Shown here piece after piece: positions 13,701 through 26,643 of a stretch of 64,000 bases of DNA; the stretch's first letter is position 1, and each line of letters starts with the position of its first letter. The notes under the pieces were generated by a model. That model made no database searches. It was not told the DNA's origin and saw only the letters and a program-made list of their open reading frames with translations. The stretch is from NCBI RefSeq assembly GCF_001194135.2, contig NC_068992.1, forward strand, positions 19,031,182 through 19,095,181, read 5' to 3'. The position numbers were made by a program, and so were the translations under genes. This stretch comes from Octopus bimaculoides (lineage: Eukaryota).

Positions 13701-15604
13701 ATTAAAGCTATAGCAGGTGATATGAGTTGTAAATAGTTATTACTGGCTTATTAGCAGTTGATCAAAACTTCTTCATATCTCTCTTATATAGAATACAAGA
13801 GTGGAAAGTAAGAAACAGAGATTGAAAGAATGAATGAAAGAAGTAAAGAAAGAAAACAAAAACAAATGAATGGAAGAAAGGAAAAGGATAAAAGAAACGA
13901 ATAAAAAATATTAAAAAGCCGGAAGAAAAAAAGGCGACTGAGAAACTTGACATAAGAAAATAATATAAAGAGAGAAAAGGAAAGAAAGAAAATAGCACAA
14001 GAAAGAACACAAAACACAAAAAAAGACATAAAAAGAAACGGTAAAAATGTGATTAAATATTCTCAGAAACTACAAATTGTTTTACTTTCGTTATTGTTTG
14101 AAAAAGCTAAATGAAATAAAAAGAAAACAATCATTGAAATATAATAAAACAGAGTAAGGCTTGATTTGTTTTCTGAATTTGGATCATATTTTAAAAATTA
14201 TCGGTTTAAAAGAAGAGCTTGAGATTAATGATAATTATTGGCCACCAAGGTCTTACAGAGAGAATACAATCTTTGCCCGACAAACGGGCTATCACATATG
14301 CAGATTTGCGGACTACCCCTAGTTTGGATAATTTACAACTTCCGAGGTTCCGCTAGCTATGAATCATATGTAGCCTGGATTTTATCTACCCATATTTTGA
14401 ACATATATATATATATATATAGAAATATATATATATAATTGTCACTAAATGGGACTAAGGTGTTAAGAAACACATATATTGCTAGAAATGCAAGCAAAAC
14501 TGCTCCAATGATGTAGTCAACGTAAATGAATGAAAGCATGCACTAACAGGGACCTGAATCGTCCGAAAAATGCCGATCCTTATAATACTCTTTTTGCTGA
14601 AACGTTGTAACCGGCTGTTTATATTAACTTTATGTATACACATTAGGGAATCACTAGACCATCCATGAATATAAATGACGAAAACATATATACTAATAAA
14701 GAAGGAAGCCGAGCTAGCTTAACTGATAAGGCAATAGAAATTGCCGAAACTGACGTCAATATTAAGAATTCTCGATCGGAATTTTGCGAATGATGCAGAT
14801 CCCTGTTAGTGCATATGAGCGCTACTAATGCGGAAAAGTCCATGTCATGTTTCATAAGTGGCAGCGCTTCGGCGATGACTCCTGGTGATGAGAATGAAGC
14901 TTTAAAAACGTCGATACATAAATAACAATAGCAGTAGGTACGATCGTCAATTCTTGGGCCTTATATTGTCATCACCTCCGCACAGTAGTACATAGACATG
15001 AATAAGTGCGGAGATGACGCTCGCCAAAATGAGTTTAAGTAGCTTTGGCATGAAGTTTCAGACCCTAGGAAAAAATCTCTTCCAATGGCTACAAGAATAT
15101 CCCGCAAATGATGATGCGGAGATGAGTTCAGTCAGTATGTTGATGTTTGGGAAGGTATCAAGGTGTTAAACGTGATATATCAACGGACACTTCACGGCCT
15201 GTTGCTCAAACGTGGGAGGGAGCAGGAAAAAAGGGGCTACAGCCAGCAATCGAGCACCTTCAGAGTTATGAGGATGGTTGAAATAGGAGAAATTTGATGA
15301 AAGACTATGCTCTCCTTAATTCGTATTCCTTAACCATTTTTGAATCCTATTAGATAAAAGTTTTGCTTTAATCAAGTAAGTCATGGTGGTGTCGGTAAAA
15401 AGCAATGGACAATTTAAGCATCGCAATTTGACTTAATGTAAACTAGCTTGATTTTGTCTCAGTAAATACATTAGATATGTAATCAATCTTCCCGTGCTTA
15501 TCATGGTTATAAAGGACATTATCACCATCATCATCATCATCATCATCATCATAATAATAATAATAATCATCACCATCAAGTATGGCTTATATTGTTTACA
15601 AAAT

Positions 15605-16000
15605 AGCGCTGTGTCGTAGAATCGGTAGAGTATGGGAGATAATGTTTTGGAAACTTGTTCCGGCCGTTTAACTCTAGAGTTTAAATCAAGCCCAGGTCGA
15701 CTTTGATTTTCATTCTTTCAGAATCAATAAACTAAGACAGCAGTCAACTATGCCCAGTCTCAAATTGCTGGCTTATGCATAAATTACAAACCATCAGAAA
15801 CTCATTTGAAATCATTATTTAAGATGAATCTAAAGTGGCGTGGTGATAGTATCGGTAGAGCATCGCCAAAAATGCTTTGCGACATCTGTTCCATCTCTTT
15901 ATGTTCTGAGTTCAAATATTGCTGATTTTAAATTTGCCTTTCATTCTTTTGTGGCCGATAAATTTAGTACTGAGTCGTTGTAATCGACTAACCCCTTTCA
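15605..16000 (+). mobile_element. Two degenerate family-B-like SINEs in tandem
   Basis: gtagaatcggtagag / gtatcggtagagc heads, gttctgagttcaaat and gtcgactttg motifs. Confidence 0.6.
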
Positions 16001-17193
16001 TTCAAAGCTGCAGGCATTCTGCTTATTTTAGAGAATATTTCCTAAAATGCAAGTTTGCGATGCGTGGGACATTTTGCTGCTATTTCGTGCTAGCAGTGCA
16101 TTATATTTGCAGATTTCGATGGCGTAACTTACAAGCGGTAGACCTAAACCAAGAAAGAAATTATCGGGGGTGGGGTATGTTTATTCCTGTTTAAGTAGGC
16201 TACAAAATAAATCTATCGGTCGGATAGCGCATTTAGCGGTAAACTTTCCGTTGCAAGAATTCACACTTTGAGAATAACATGACTCGGTCCTTGCAAAAGT
16301 TTCTCAGTTCCGGTGAAATTGTTAACAAAAAGCTGTTAAAAAGCTTCACGCGGAGATAATTTGACACGAAACTGATTTAATACATTGCAAATATCCTAAC
16401 AAGCCATAGAACAATGAATATATGGATATATAGGTGTAGCTTAAAATATAGACAAAAGTGTAAAGTTTATATAGTAAATAATCTCATTACAATAAATGGT
16501 CAAGTGATTCGATTATTCTATTTAATATGCTCCATAGGAGCGAAATAATCTCTCATGATTTTGGTACAAAAACAAGTGAACTTTGATTTTACACGAAGAT
16601 ATTGTTAGAGACTGTAAAATTCTCGGCATGAATTATGTTGTATAGAGTACAAACACATGTATTTTTCTATAATCAATATAACACAATGTAATATCAACGA
16701 ACTTAGATAAAATCTAAACGTCAACTGAAACAATATCTTGCTTCCAAATTCACACCATTGACATTTACACTTCCGTTTCTGATATTAGAGTCGATATCTA
16801 TCAATATCTATCTATCAATATATATATANNNNNNNNNNNNNNNNNNNNNNNNNNNNNNNNNNNNNNNNNNNNNNNNNNNNNNNNNNNNNNNNNNNNNNNN
16901 NNNNNNNNNNNNNNNNNNNNNNNNNNNNNNNNNNNNNNNNNNNNNNNNNNNNNNNNNNNNNNNNNNNNNNNNNNNNNNNNNNNNNNNNNNNNNNNNNNNN
17001 NNNNNNNNNNNNNNNNNNNNNNNNNNNNNNNNNNNNNNNNNNNNNNNNNNNNNNNNNNNNNNNNNNNNNNNNNNNNNNNNNNTACATACATATGCATATG
17101 CATATATATACTTATATATCCAAATGTTTGATTATATATGTATCTCTGTATCTCTGTTACACACACACACACACACACGCACACACACACACA

Positions 17194-17266
<73 letters not shown>

Positions 17267-18759
17267 GCACACACATATGTATACACACACATACACAGAT
17301 TATTATACTATCTCGTTAGTACAAAGAGATGTGTGATTGCTACCATCATATGTAGAGCTCAGAATAAATTATTATAGATCAGTTTAGAGGTTAAGTAACT
17401 ATAATGCTTAGTAGTATTACTATTTATGAAACAGACCAAACGTGGGAGAAAGTAAGTTCATCACAAGTTTATGTGAGTTGTCCTTACGTTCGTTTTCCCA
17501 TTAGGGTCTCTTGGAATACTACATTTGCTATTCCGAGTGCTTTTGAATGCTTGACCAATATTTATTGTTGAATCCGAACTCTTCTAGTACCGCTCTTTCT
17601 CAGATATTATGTCAGTGTTCATAGAATGGAATTCACCTTATATTAAGTTGGCAATTATTATCATACGCAGTTGATAGATGTCAATGTTTCGAAGAACATA
17701 TCATCTTCTACAATGAATATAGTGACAAAAAATTTACTATCCTTTAATATAACTGAACTACTTCTATGGAATTTTCAGTTGTTATTTCAATTTCACTTTC
17801 AGTTATATGTTTCCATTCGGTGTCGCTGAAGATTGATAATGATTTGTTTAGGAAAGGTAGCATTATTCATGGAAAATTCAAATTGCATTCGCAAAATCAT
17901 TAATTGTTTTATTCCCGACATTGGGAGAAACACAGCTGCTTTTGTTTTGAACAAATGATTTATCATTGTTACTCTTATCAAATAGTGAGTTGCTCTACCC
18001 TAAAGAATGCTGTAGAATTTTTAATTCCATTTAAATCAAGTTTCCAATGAGTTACGGTAAAGTTTAATTCTTTTACGAGTATATAGATCAGATAAGTCTT
18101 GGATGAACGTATTATTTTGCTCTTTGTCTGCTTCCAATGTGAATTTCTGTTCCTCTGGACGGGGTCTACGAAACGGTCATCGTATTTCCATTGGTTAAAT
18201 ATATTAGTATTATTAGCCTCAATAGAATGGTGAAAAGTGCAACGTTATTATCTACGATTAACTAATGTACTTACAAATGGTGTCTTCTTTTTTTCTCTCT
18301 CTCTCCATTTTTTCTTTCTCCATCCGTTGTCTCTCCTCATTCCTTTGTTTTGAAGAGCGTAGGCATGAAACGTTGAAGATATTTTGCTGAACGTATAACT
18401 AATAAACAATGTTATTTGTTCTTTCACCAATCTCAATTTATCGCACAATTTTGTATATTTTTGAACTATATTTAAAGTACGTTCATATGGTTACACCAGT
18501 TTTATCCTACTGGACTGAACTTTACCCTCTAATCGGACTATCATCACATTTTCGGCCAACTTCTTGAAATATTGCGACCTCTTACCACCACTCCACACAA
18601 ATTACTAGTGGAATTTTATACTTCCCGGATTCTACCATCATACTACCCATATTTATTGTACACGATATATACTTTATACTAAAGGTTGAATGAAACTACG
18701 AAATGTAGAAATATGGATATTTGATAAAGAGAGGAAAAAAAACTGTTAAAACTTTTGCA

Positions 18760-18930
18760 TAGGGGCTTAGCGAATTTCATCGACACCGGTATTTAAATGG
18801 TACTTATTTTATCGACCCCGAAATGATGAAAGCAAACTCCACCTCGGCGGATTTCCACTCAAGACTCAAAGACAGACGAAATGCCGCTAAGCATATTGCC
18901 CTGCGTGATAACGATTGTGCCAACTCACCG
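18760..18930 (-). mobile_element. Family-B SINE
   Basis: tttatcgaccccgaa...cggcggattt...gacgaaatgccgctaagcat. Confidence 0.8.
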
Positions 18931-18939
18931 ATATATATG

Positions 18940-18942
18940 AGT

Positions 18943-19033
<91 letters not shown>

Positions 19034-19050
19034 CATGTGTGTGTACGCGC
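18940..19050. repeat. Long (GT)n microsatellite
   Basis: Read directly. Confidence 0.95.
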
Positions 19051-19499
19051 GCATATATATAACATACATATATGCAGCATATTGATATAGATTTATTACT
19101 ATTTTCCTTTCCTTATTCCTTTTTTTCTCCTCCAATAATTTGCCAGTTACACTTGCTAGATTCTTATACTTGCCGCTTAGAGCATGAGATTCCATTTCAT
19201 GTTTTCCGTAAATTGAAAGTGACGGTCTAACACACAAGCATGTGTGTGAGTGTCTGTGCGTGTGCGTGAACGCATATGTGAGAGATTTTGTATGTGTATA
19301 GATTAAGGTGTTTTATTTTACTTTGAACTACTTTACGAAGCTGAATGTTCTAGCCTAGTAACCGTACAGTCCATTTTCCCACTCGCCATGTTCCTTCGAG
19401 TCAAACATTTACTGGATCTAGAATATATTTGTGATCTGATGACAGCTTCAGCATATTGAAAAATAACGAATGCATGATAATGCCATCAGTTACTATGCA

Positions 19500-20360
19500 C
19501 TTTCTAGCTGCAGTAATATTCAGATACAGAAAAGATCTCTGTGACCCAAGGTAACACTTTCTCATCTATCATTTCTACATAAGCTTCACAGTTGACCTTG
19601 ACGCCAGTATCGATGGAGACCAAAAGAAACTTAAACCCATCAGAAGAAAATGTGGCCCACACCATGGGTGAAACTGGCTTCTGACAGCATAAATGACACG
19701 TGTTACCTTCGGGCAGGTCGCCTGCATTACGTGCATAAAGCCTAACGTTCTGTCTGTTGGTAACTACCCCCACGGTGAAGATCTCGTTAGACAAGATCAA
19801 CACATTGTTAGCGGCACGATTCTCCTCAGCTAACATGGTTTTACACTTGTCGAGCTGTTTCTTCTTGGAAGCTACTGAAATTAACTGCAGGGATAGTTTT
19901 TTGTATGCAGTTAGCTTTAAATCCTCTTTTAAAACCCTGTTCATTGACGCTTTTGAAATATCAAGAGCTTTTACAGTTTTTTCTTGCACTCCTGCAGGGA
20001 TTTCGATACATTCGCTTCTTCACATTTTTAGCAGTTACTTTGGTACGAATTAATCGTTTCATACCAGACATTGGTTTGCTAAAGGCAGTAGCGCACTCCA
20101 TATATCGTCTCCAGGTATTGAACACTATTTTACAACACACATTCAACTGTTTTACGTCATTGTTGCTCACTCCAGCTTTTACCAAAGCAACAATGTGGTC
20201 GCGTTTCGCTTTCGATGTCAAGCTTGTTTATGAATATGTTATAAATGAACGGAAAGAATAGACACATGGACAAAAGACATGCAAATCTTCATGTAAAATG
20301 TAAATAATATTATCTGAACCGATATTTTTTAGGCAGATATTTAAATATGGCTAAATCTCT
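19500..20360 (-). mobile_element. Tc1/mariner transposase remnant, maT (DD37D)-like; frameshifted and 3'-truncated
   Basis: N-terminal HTH KRDHIVALVKAG, then VLILSNEIFTV..NRQNVRLYA, KPVSPMVWA..SSDG and GVKVN...Y...VLPW. The first catalytic D is mutated and the third is absent. Confidence 0.85.
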
Positions 20361-20371
20361 TTGAGACTACC

Positions 20372-20408
<37 letters not shown>

Positions 20409-20480
20409 TTCATCATGTAACCTCGTGGGCATCGGTACCATTTTCCTCTTTCTCCGTTCTTCCATTCTCCGAACTTTCCA

Positions 20481-20520
20481 TCTTTCCGACGAAGGGCTAC
20501 GCCCGAAACGTCATACACTC
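20481..20520 (+). ncRNA. Minimal hammerhead-like motif in a Penelope-type repeat inserted in (TA)n
   Basis: CCGACGA-A-GGGC[TAC]GCCC-GAAA-CG-TC. U4 is replaced by C, ACGT is palindromic and the GUC site is intact. Stem I pairing is poor. Confidence 0.5.
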
Positions 20521-22234
20521 TCTCTTTCCTTTCCTGAGCGTCCAATAATACTATCCATATCACGTCCTCACTTTGTTGTTTTTTTGTTTTTTTGTTATTA
20601 TTTTTTTTTAACTATATATATATATATGTATACACATATATACTTTAGACAAAAAATAGCTAAGAAGAATTAACCCAACGTGGTCAGTGGTATACATTTC
20701 AAAATAAGAAAAATACAGGCATGTCAAATGCCAGATAATATAGACTCTTAATTTGTCAAAATTATTTCACATCTAATTGACAATTAAAACCAACTCCACT
20801 TGTGAACGAAAGACAGACTCCAGAATTTCACTGAAAGTGACAAATAATAAGAAAACGTATTGGATTCTATGTGGAAACAAACATATAAACACAAACAAAT
20901 ATAAGCTTTTAGTCAGAATGAAGGTTAGTGTATTTCAGCAGTAACATCACCTCCAAGACTGGCAATGATGAAAGAAAAAGCATTTTTATTTCAAAGGAGA
21001 CACTTCTAACGGAAATGAAAGTATCAGTTTTTGGCGTTAAACTGATCAACGTGTTACGTCTGCTATCCTAGTTGGTCATGATAAAATTTGAATTCCGCCT
21101 CACGTGTGTGCGTGTATTTGTGTGTATATCAATGGATATTTGCGTGTATGTTTGTGTGTGTGCGTGTCTGCATAATCAACAGCGCGCACACAGATACACA
21201 GAGAATCACAGAAACACACACACACACACACACACTCCACATACAAAAACAAATGACAAGATACCAACATGCGTAGGCACATTATGTGTATATATGTGCT
21301 TACGCCTGTGACAGTTTGTGTTTGTATATGGTTGCGTGTGTATTTGTGTGTGTGTATTTATATAAAAATACGTGTGATTTTTAAAAATCTTCAGTCCTAT
21401 AGCTTTCAGATTCATTTATACATTTTTGAAAATTATGTTTCCGTTTGGACTAATATATATTTGAAAGATATGAAAACGCACATGCACCGACAAACACAAA
21501 CAAATTTTAATATACTCTACTCACACACATATACATAGGTATGTCTATATATATATATATATATATATATAATATCCCAAGAGGCTGCTTTCATTCTCTG
21601 TTGATTCATATAATATTAATAATATACAATTATTATTCATCGATTTTCAAATGATAAACACAGAGATTGAATCTAGTAAAGTGTACCTTAATGTTTTGTA
21701 TATTCTCTCTTGGTTGAATGAAACTACGAAACGTAGATATACGGATATTTGATAATGAGAGGGAAAAAAACTGTTTGAATTTTTGCATTGCAAACACGTT
21801 TCCCTAACTAAAATCAAATAAGCGAGGACATTGAAATAGCATTTTGAAAGTTTCTTTGCATTTAAATTGAGATTTATTTATATATATATATATATATATT
21901 AAGGGAACAAGCAGTTTTGTAGCTAATAGACAAGATGGCAAAACATAGTTTACGTTATTAATTTATTTTCTATGCCTTGAATAATTTTTGTTTAATTTTT
22001 TTTTTTGACACTTTCTTTCGCACATATCTAATTTGAAATCCTCTCCACGGTCTTTGTTACTTAAACAGTTCCGATAAAAATGTGCACACAAAGACACGAA
22101 CACGCTTACATAGAGCCACACGTGAGCACGCACGTGGGTATACACAGACATGCGCGCGCACCCACTGTTAGGTTCGTTCCTGAACGAAGGAGAGACGCCT
22201 GGGTAGTTTTGTGACATCCGTGAAGACAATAAAG

Positions 22235-22530
22235 TTCTATATTTATGAGATGAGGAATTAAGTACGTTATTTACATTTGACGGATATTTGTCCTCATCTT
22301 GGTTGTTTTTAACACAACATTTCAGCTGATATACCCTCCAGCCTTCATCAGGTGCCTTGGGGAAATTTCGAACCTGGGTTCTCATTCCTAAGGTATTTTT
22401 CGATATTAATTTTACTATTATTATTATTATTATTATTATTAAGGTCACTGCCTGGAATCGAACTCGGATTCTTGGGGTTAGTAGCCCGCGCTGTTAACCA
22501 CTACGCCATATACCCACGGGCATATGGCGT
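22235..22530 (-). mobile_element. Composite repeat: tRNA-like Pol III head + (AAT)n + hammerhead-bearing body
   Basis: A box TGGCGTAGTGG and B box GAGTTCGATTCC at about 22452-22510, (AAT)n at 22417-22440, hammerhead at 22311-22356. A degenerate copy of the body lies at about 47565-47650. Confidence 0.65.
22311..22356 (-). ncRNA. Minimal type I hammerhead ribozyme motif
   Basis: GGCAC-CTGATGA-A-GGCTG[GAGGGTATAT]CAGCT-GAAA-TG-T-T-GTGTT. Both core boxes, 5-bp stem II and 5-bp stem I (with G-U pairs). Confidence 0.65.
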
Positions 22531-22675
22531 GCTTGTAGTTTATATCTTGTAACTTAATGTACTTATAGATACACTGAGACACTTTCCAGTTACCTCAAGT
22601 CATGGCGGTAAATTTTAAGAGAGTCTTAATATAATAGAGTTGAAATAACCCGGGAAGACCAATACATAAATATAT

Positions 22676-22980
22676 TTGCTTTAATCGACTTTAATTTTCT
22701 TCATAATAAACGCTCAAAAGGCCATATCCTATCGGGAACGTTGTAGTATAAACTTAAAGAAGCGGTAACCATCAATTATTCAAGAGTTGTTCACCATTTT
22801 TTATCTATGGAACTCTTACTATTTCTTGCTTTAATCGACTTTAATTTTCTTCATAATAAACGCTCAAAAGGCCATATCCTATCGGGAACGTTGTAGTATA
22901 AACTTAAAGAAGCGGTAACCATCAATTATTCAAGAGTTGTTCACCATTTTTTATCTATGGAACTATTACTATTTCTTGCT
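22676..22980. repeat. 150-bp tandem duplication with one substitution
   Basis: ttaatcgact at 22681 and 22831; the units differ only at actCttact/actAttact; 5-bp ttgct microhomology at the junctions. Confidence 0.95.
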
Positions 22981-22989
22981 GTTGGCCCT

Positions 22990-23265
22990 CCTTAGCCATT
23001 CGATGTTTGATAGCTAGTTTTAAAGAAACTTTTTCACAATTCCGATTTTGTTTTTCACGCATTAACTTGTCTAGGTTGCTCAATGTATATGACATAAGAG
23101 AAAGAAGCCTAGCACTTTCTTGCAATACATAGCAATACATAAATACAAAGCAAAATTTATTCAGGGGCACTTAAAATACTATTGCAGATACCCAGTTTAC
23201 TCTTTTGCTGCGTAGACCCCCTAAAAATCCTAAATGGACACTCAGGAGTAATATGGACCGCCACA
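22990..23265. mobile_element. hAT-like MITE fragment (same family as 5178-5533)
   Basis: Shared ctagttttaaagaaac...ttcttgcaatacata...cccagtttactcttttgct. Confidence 0.6.
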
Positions 23266-23274
23266 AGCAAATGT

Positions 23275-23512
23275 GGAGGTGCGTGGCTTAGGGGTTAGGG
23301 TGCTGGACGCACGATCGTAAGATTGTGATTTCGATTCTTGGACCGATGGATGCAGTGTGTTCTTCAACAAAACACTTCATTTCACGTTGCTCCAGTCTTC
23401 TCAACTCACAAAAATGAGTAATCCTGCGACGGACCGCCGTCCCGCTCAGGTGGGGAATATATACTCCCTAAAATCGGGAAACCAGCAATTATGAGTCGGC
23501 ATGACTCGAGAA
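23275..23512 (+). mobile_element. tRNA-derived SINE with V-domain-like central motif
   Basis: A box TGGCTTAGGGG, B-like TTTCGATTC, cctgcgacggaccgccgtcccgctcagg (resembles the V-SINE motif) and terminal hairpin gagtc-ggcat-gactc. Confidence 0.65.
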
Positions 23513-23704
23513 GTTATCAGTAAGGTACATTTTACTACTGGCAAATGTAATACTGAATATATTATTTAAACCCAACACATTTGATTACAAACTGACGTTA
23601 GTTAATATTAATGATTAGTTCAGAGTATCTACATACAAATATATAACCCAATGAAGAACAGCTCGCATTCGTAAGCAGCAGCTTCGCTGTAATATTCTTT
23701 CTAA

Positions 23705-24365
23705 TCGTGGCAAACAGTTAGTAATTTGGAGGAGAAGACGCAAGTCGATTACAGCGACTCCTGTACCTGACTGCTAATTACGTGTCGAATCCGAAATAGA
23801 TGAAAATCAAAGTTGACCTCGTCAGCATTAATGCGTCGGAAGAATTGCCACTAAGTATTTTGTCCGACATGCTAAAGACTACCAGTTCACCGACTTGGTT
23901 CGCTGTAATATTGATTGATTTCAAATTTTGGCACAAGGCCAGCAGCATCGGCGGGGGTGGGGGGAGGTACTATGTTGATGAAATCGACCACACTGCTTAA
24001 CTGGTGCTTATTTTATCGACTCCGAAAGATTGAACGGCAAAATCGACACCAGAGGAATTTGAACCCAGAACGTAACGAGGGTTGAAATGCCGCCAGTCAT
24101 TTTGTCTGGCGTTACTAACTGTTCTGCCAGCTTTCCGCCTTCCCTTACTGTAATATCGTTTTCAAATTTTGGCACAAGGCCAGCAATTTTGGGGATGGGA
24201 TGAGTCGGTTACATCGACCCCAATGTTCGTCTGCTACTTATTTTGTCAACTTCGAAAGGATGAAATCCAAAGTCGACCTCGGAGAAGTTTGAACTCAGAA
24301 CGTAAGTTGGATGAAATGCTGCCAAGTATTTTTCTGTGCGCGCTAATGATTCTGCCAGCCTACGG
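23705..24365 (-). mobile_element. Three family-B SINEs head-to-tail
   Basis: Repeated aaagtcgacc / gaactcagaacgta / ctgccag blocks at about 23705-23905, 23920-24140 and 24160-24365. Confidence 0.75.
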
Positions 24366-26024
24366 CCCTGCTTTCCTGAAATATCGATGAGTCTTTCTTC
24401 ACCTTACAAAATGTATTCACTCCTACTATTGATATAACTGGCCTGTAGAATCGAAAAATAAAAGCAGACTCTACAGTAAAGCTTACAATCGCACAATGAA
24501 ACTGGTTATAGTTGCATACCAACAAGTCTCTAGTGAACCCACTATATTTGATCGATTTCTTTTTTTACTAACTCCCAATTCTATTAGTTCTCGTAAATGT
24601 CACCGGAGGATATGGTCAATATACAGTGCAGTTTGTCTATGGAAATTCTATGGGATATACTTTAATAAAATATACTTTAAAGATGTAAATTATTTCTACA
24701 TTCGCCATGGGTGATGTTATTTTTAACGATGAATACTGAATGTTTTCTGTAGAATTGTCTGTAGTATCCAAGGAAAAGTTCAATACATATTTCTCTTTAC
24801 TAACAAATGTTCACATTTTGTTTAAGTAAGAACTCAATACATGTATAAAATAACTAAAATAAAACAAGGTAAACTATAGCGAGCATACCCGCACACATGG
24901 ACATTCATATACACATATATACACACAAAAGCATACAATCGTACAAATGAATATATTCAATCTGTTTGTGTATTATATTTTCAATTATTATTGTTAGAAT
25001 GCCACTCACGTTCTCTGCCAACTTGAAATTTATCTGCTCCACTAAATTGTTCAACGCGTAAGCACGACTTTATAAAACTTAATTCAATCAACATTGATCA
25101 TTATTCTTCAATGTTTGTTATGGGAACATATTGTTGTTGTTCACACACAATAACAAACACCATCAACAAAGTTTGTAAGAAGAATATTTAACTTTAGAAA
25201 TATTTCAGCTTTCCTTTAGGCTGTGTCGTTGCTGGAAGATGTGACATACACCAGTGGGTAGATGTTTCAATGGTTTCATCTTTTGGAGGTGTTGATTCAA
25301 TTTATTTCGGTATCAAAATGTTTGATTATATATTTACTTCTCGAACTATCTCTCCAGAGATCTTAAAAAGTTTTTGCTATTTCAGGAAATTAAATAAAAT
25401 TACATCATTTTAGAAAATGGGGACTTTTACTAAATTTCCAACTAAGTTTTCTCTGTTTTTCTACTAAGTAAAAGTCATCAATTCTCTATTCATGAAGTTT
25501 AGTAATAAATATCTACTACCTCTGTGTTGCTAAAAACTCCGCATTTCCAGATCATTACTTGGAGTAATTCAGTATGCGTAGTTAATATGGGTTTATGACC
25601 CATCCTCAATCCTAAATTTGACAATATAGATTTGGCGATATTTATATGTGAGGCTACTGCGGTTAATGTTCAGTTCAAATCCTCGAATACACCTGCATGT
25701 GTTTTTTAGCCCTGTGACGACAGGGCATTGAACAACAGTGTCCTTCATATGAGTAGAGATCACGTATTTACTACTGCTGTATGAGACGGGATTGTTATAT
25801 CTCCAATTTAGGGTGTGCTCGAGATTCAGTTGTTAGAAGTCAAACAGCACTGACGTAAGCCAAGTTATGTGTGGGAGTTATCCACATGCGAAATCAATTC
25901 AAAAGATATAGTAATTCACACAAGTACATATACAAACGAACAGATTCAATTCATGGAGAGTAACATTTGTGTAAGAATGTGTTTGCTCAAAAGTAAAGGC
26001 AAAAGTAGTTTACAAAAGTGCAGT

Positions 26025-26190
26025 GAGAGATGTAACTGGGTAATGAGATAATTTGTTGGTTAGAGAGGTCAAAAATATAACTGGGTAATGAGGTACACAA
26101 GGGTAAATAATTTGTTGGTTAGAGAGGTCAGAGATATAACTGGGTAATGACGCACACAAGGGGAGATAATTTGTTTGCTAGAGAGATCGA
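26025..26190. repeat. 59-bp minisatellite, about 2.7 copies
   Basis: ataatttgtt at 26048, 26107 and 26166. Confidence 0.9.
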
Positions 26191-26439
26191 TCAACATATT
26201 CAACAATGAAGACACACTGAGAAGAAATATTCAAATTATACAGATTAAGCCTATAGATGGGTAAATTTTCGTATGTTTACATCGAGGATTTTGCTGTTGG
26301 CAATATCTAATATGAGCGAGTAACCCATACCACACTTTAAAATGTCATTCATTACATTACCTACAGTGACAAAGACCACAGCTTCCAATATTTTAAGTTA
26401 CACTTTTGTCAGCTGCGTTTCGAAAAAGTCGTCGTTTGT

Positions 26440-26570
26440 CACCAACTACAGAGCATTCATCGAGGAGTCTCGGCGAGAACGCACGAACTGCTAGAAATGC
26501 AAAGGCGGACAAAATGCCACTAAACACTTTGTCCGGCGTGCTAACAATTCTGCCAGATCACCGCCTTGCT
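26440..26570 (-). mobile_element. Family-B SINE 5' part
   Basis: ggcgtgctaacaattctgccagatcaccgcc. Confidence 0.65.
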
Positions 26571-26572
26571 GT

Positions 26573-26622
<50 letters not shown>

Positions 26623-26643
26623 ATAATAATAATAATAATAATA

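Noticed and set aside
14968-15018. 13-bp bulged hairpin
   Set aside because: The stem is too short and the loop too large for a pre-miRNA; no other support.
22441-22512. tRNA gene
   Set aside because: A and B boxes are present but there is no complete cloverleaf acceptor stem; treated as a SINE-like head. The same applies to the other tRNA-like heads.
25480-25710. AGVFEDL / GVFSNT LRR-like words on the minus strand
   Set aside because: No LxxLxLxxN periodicity and interrupted by stops.
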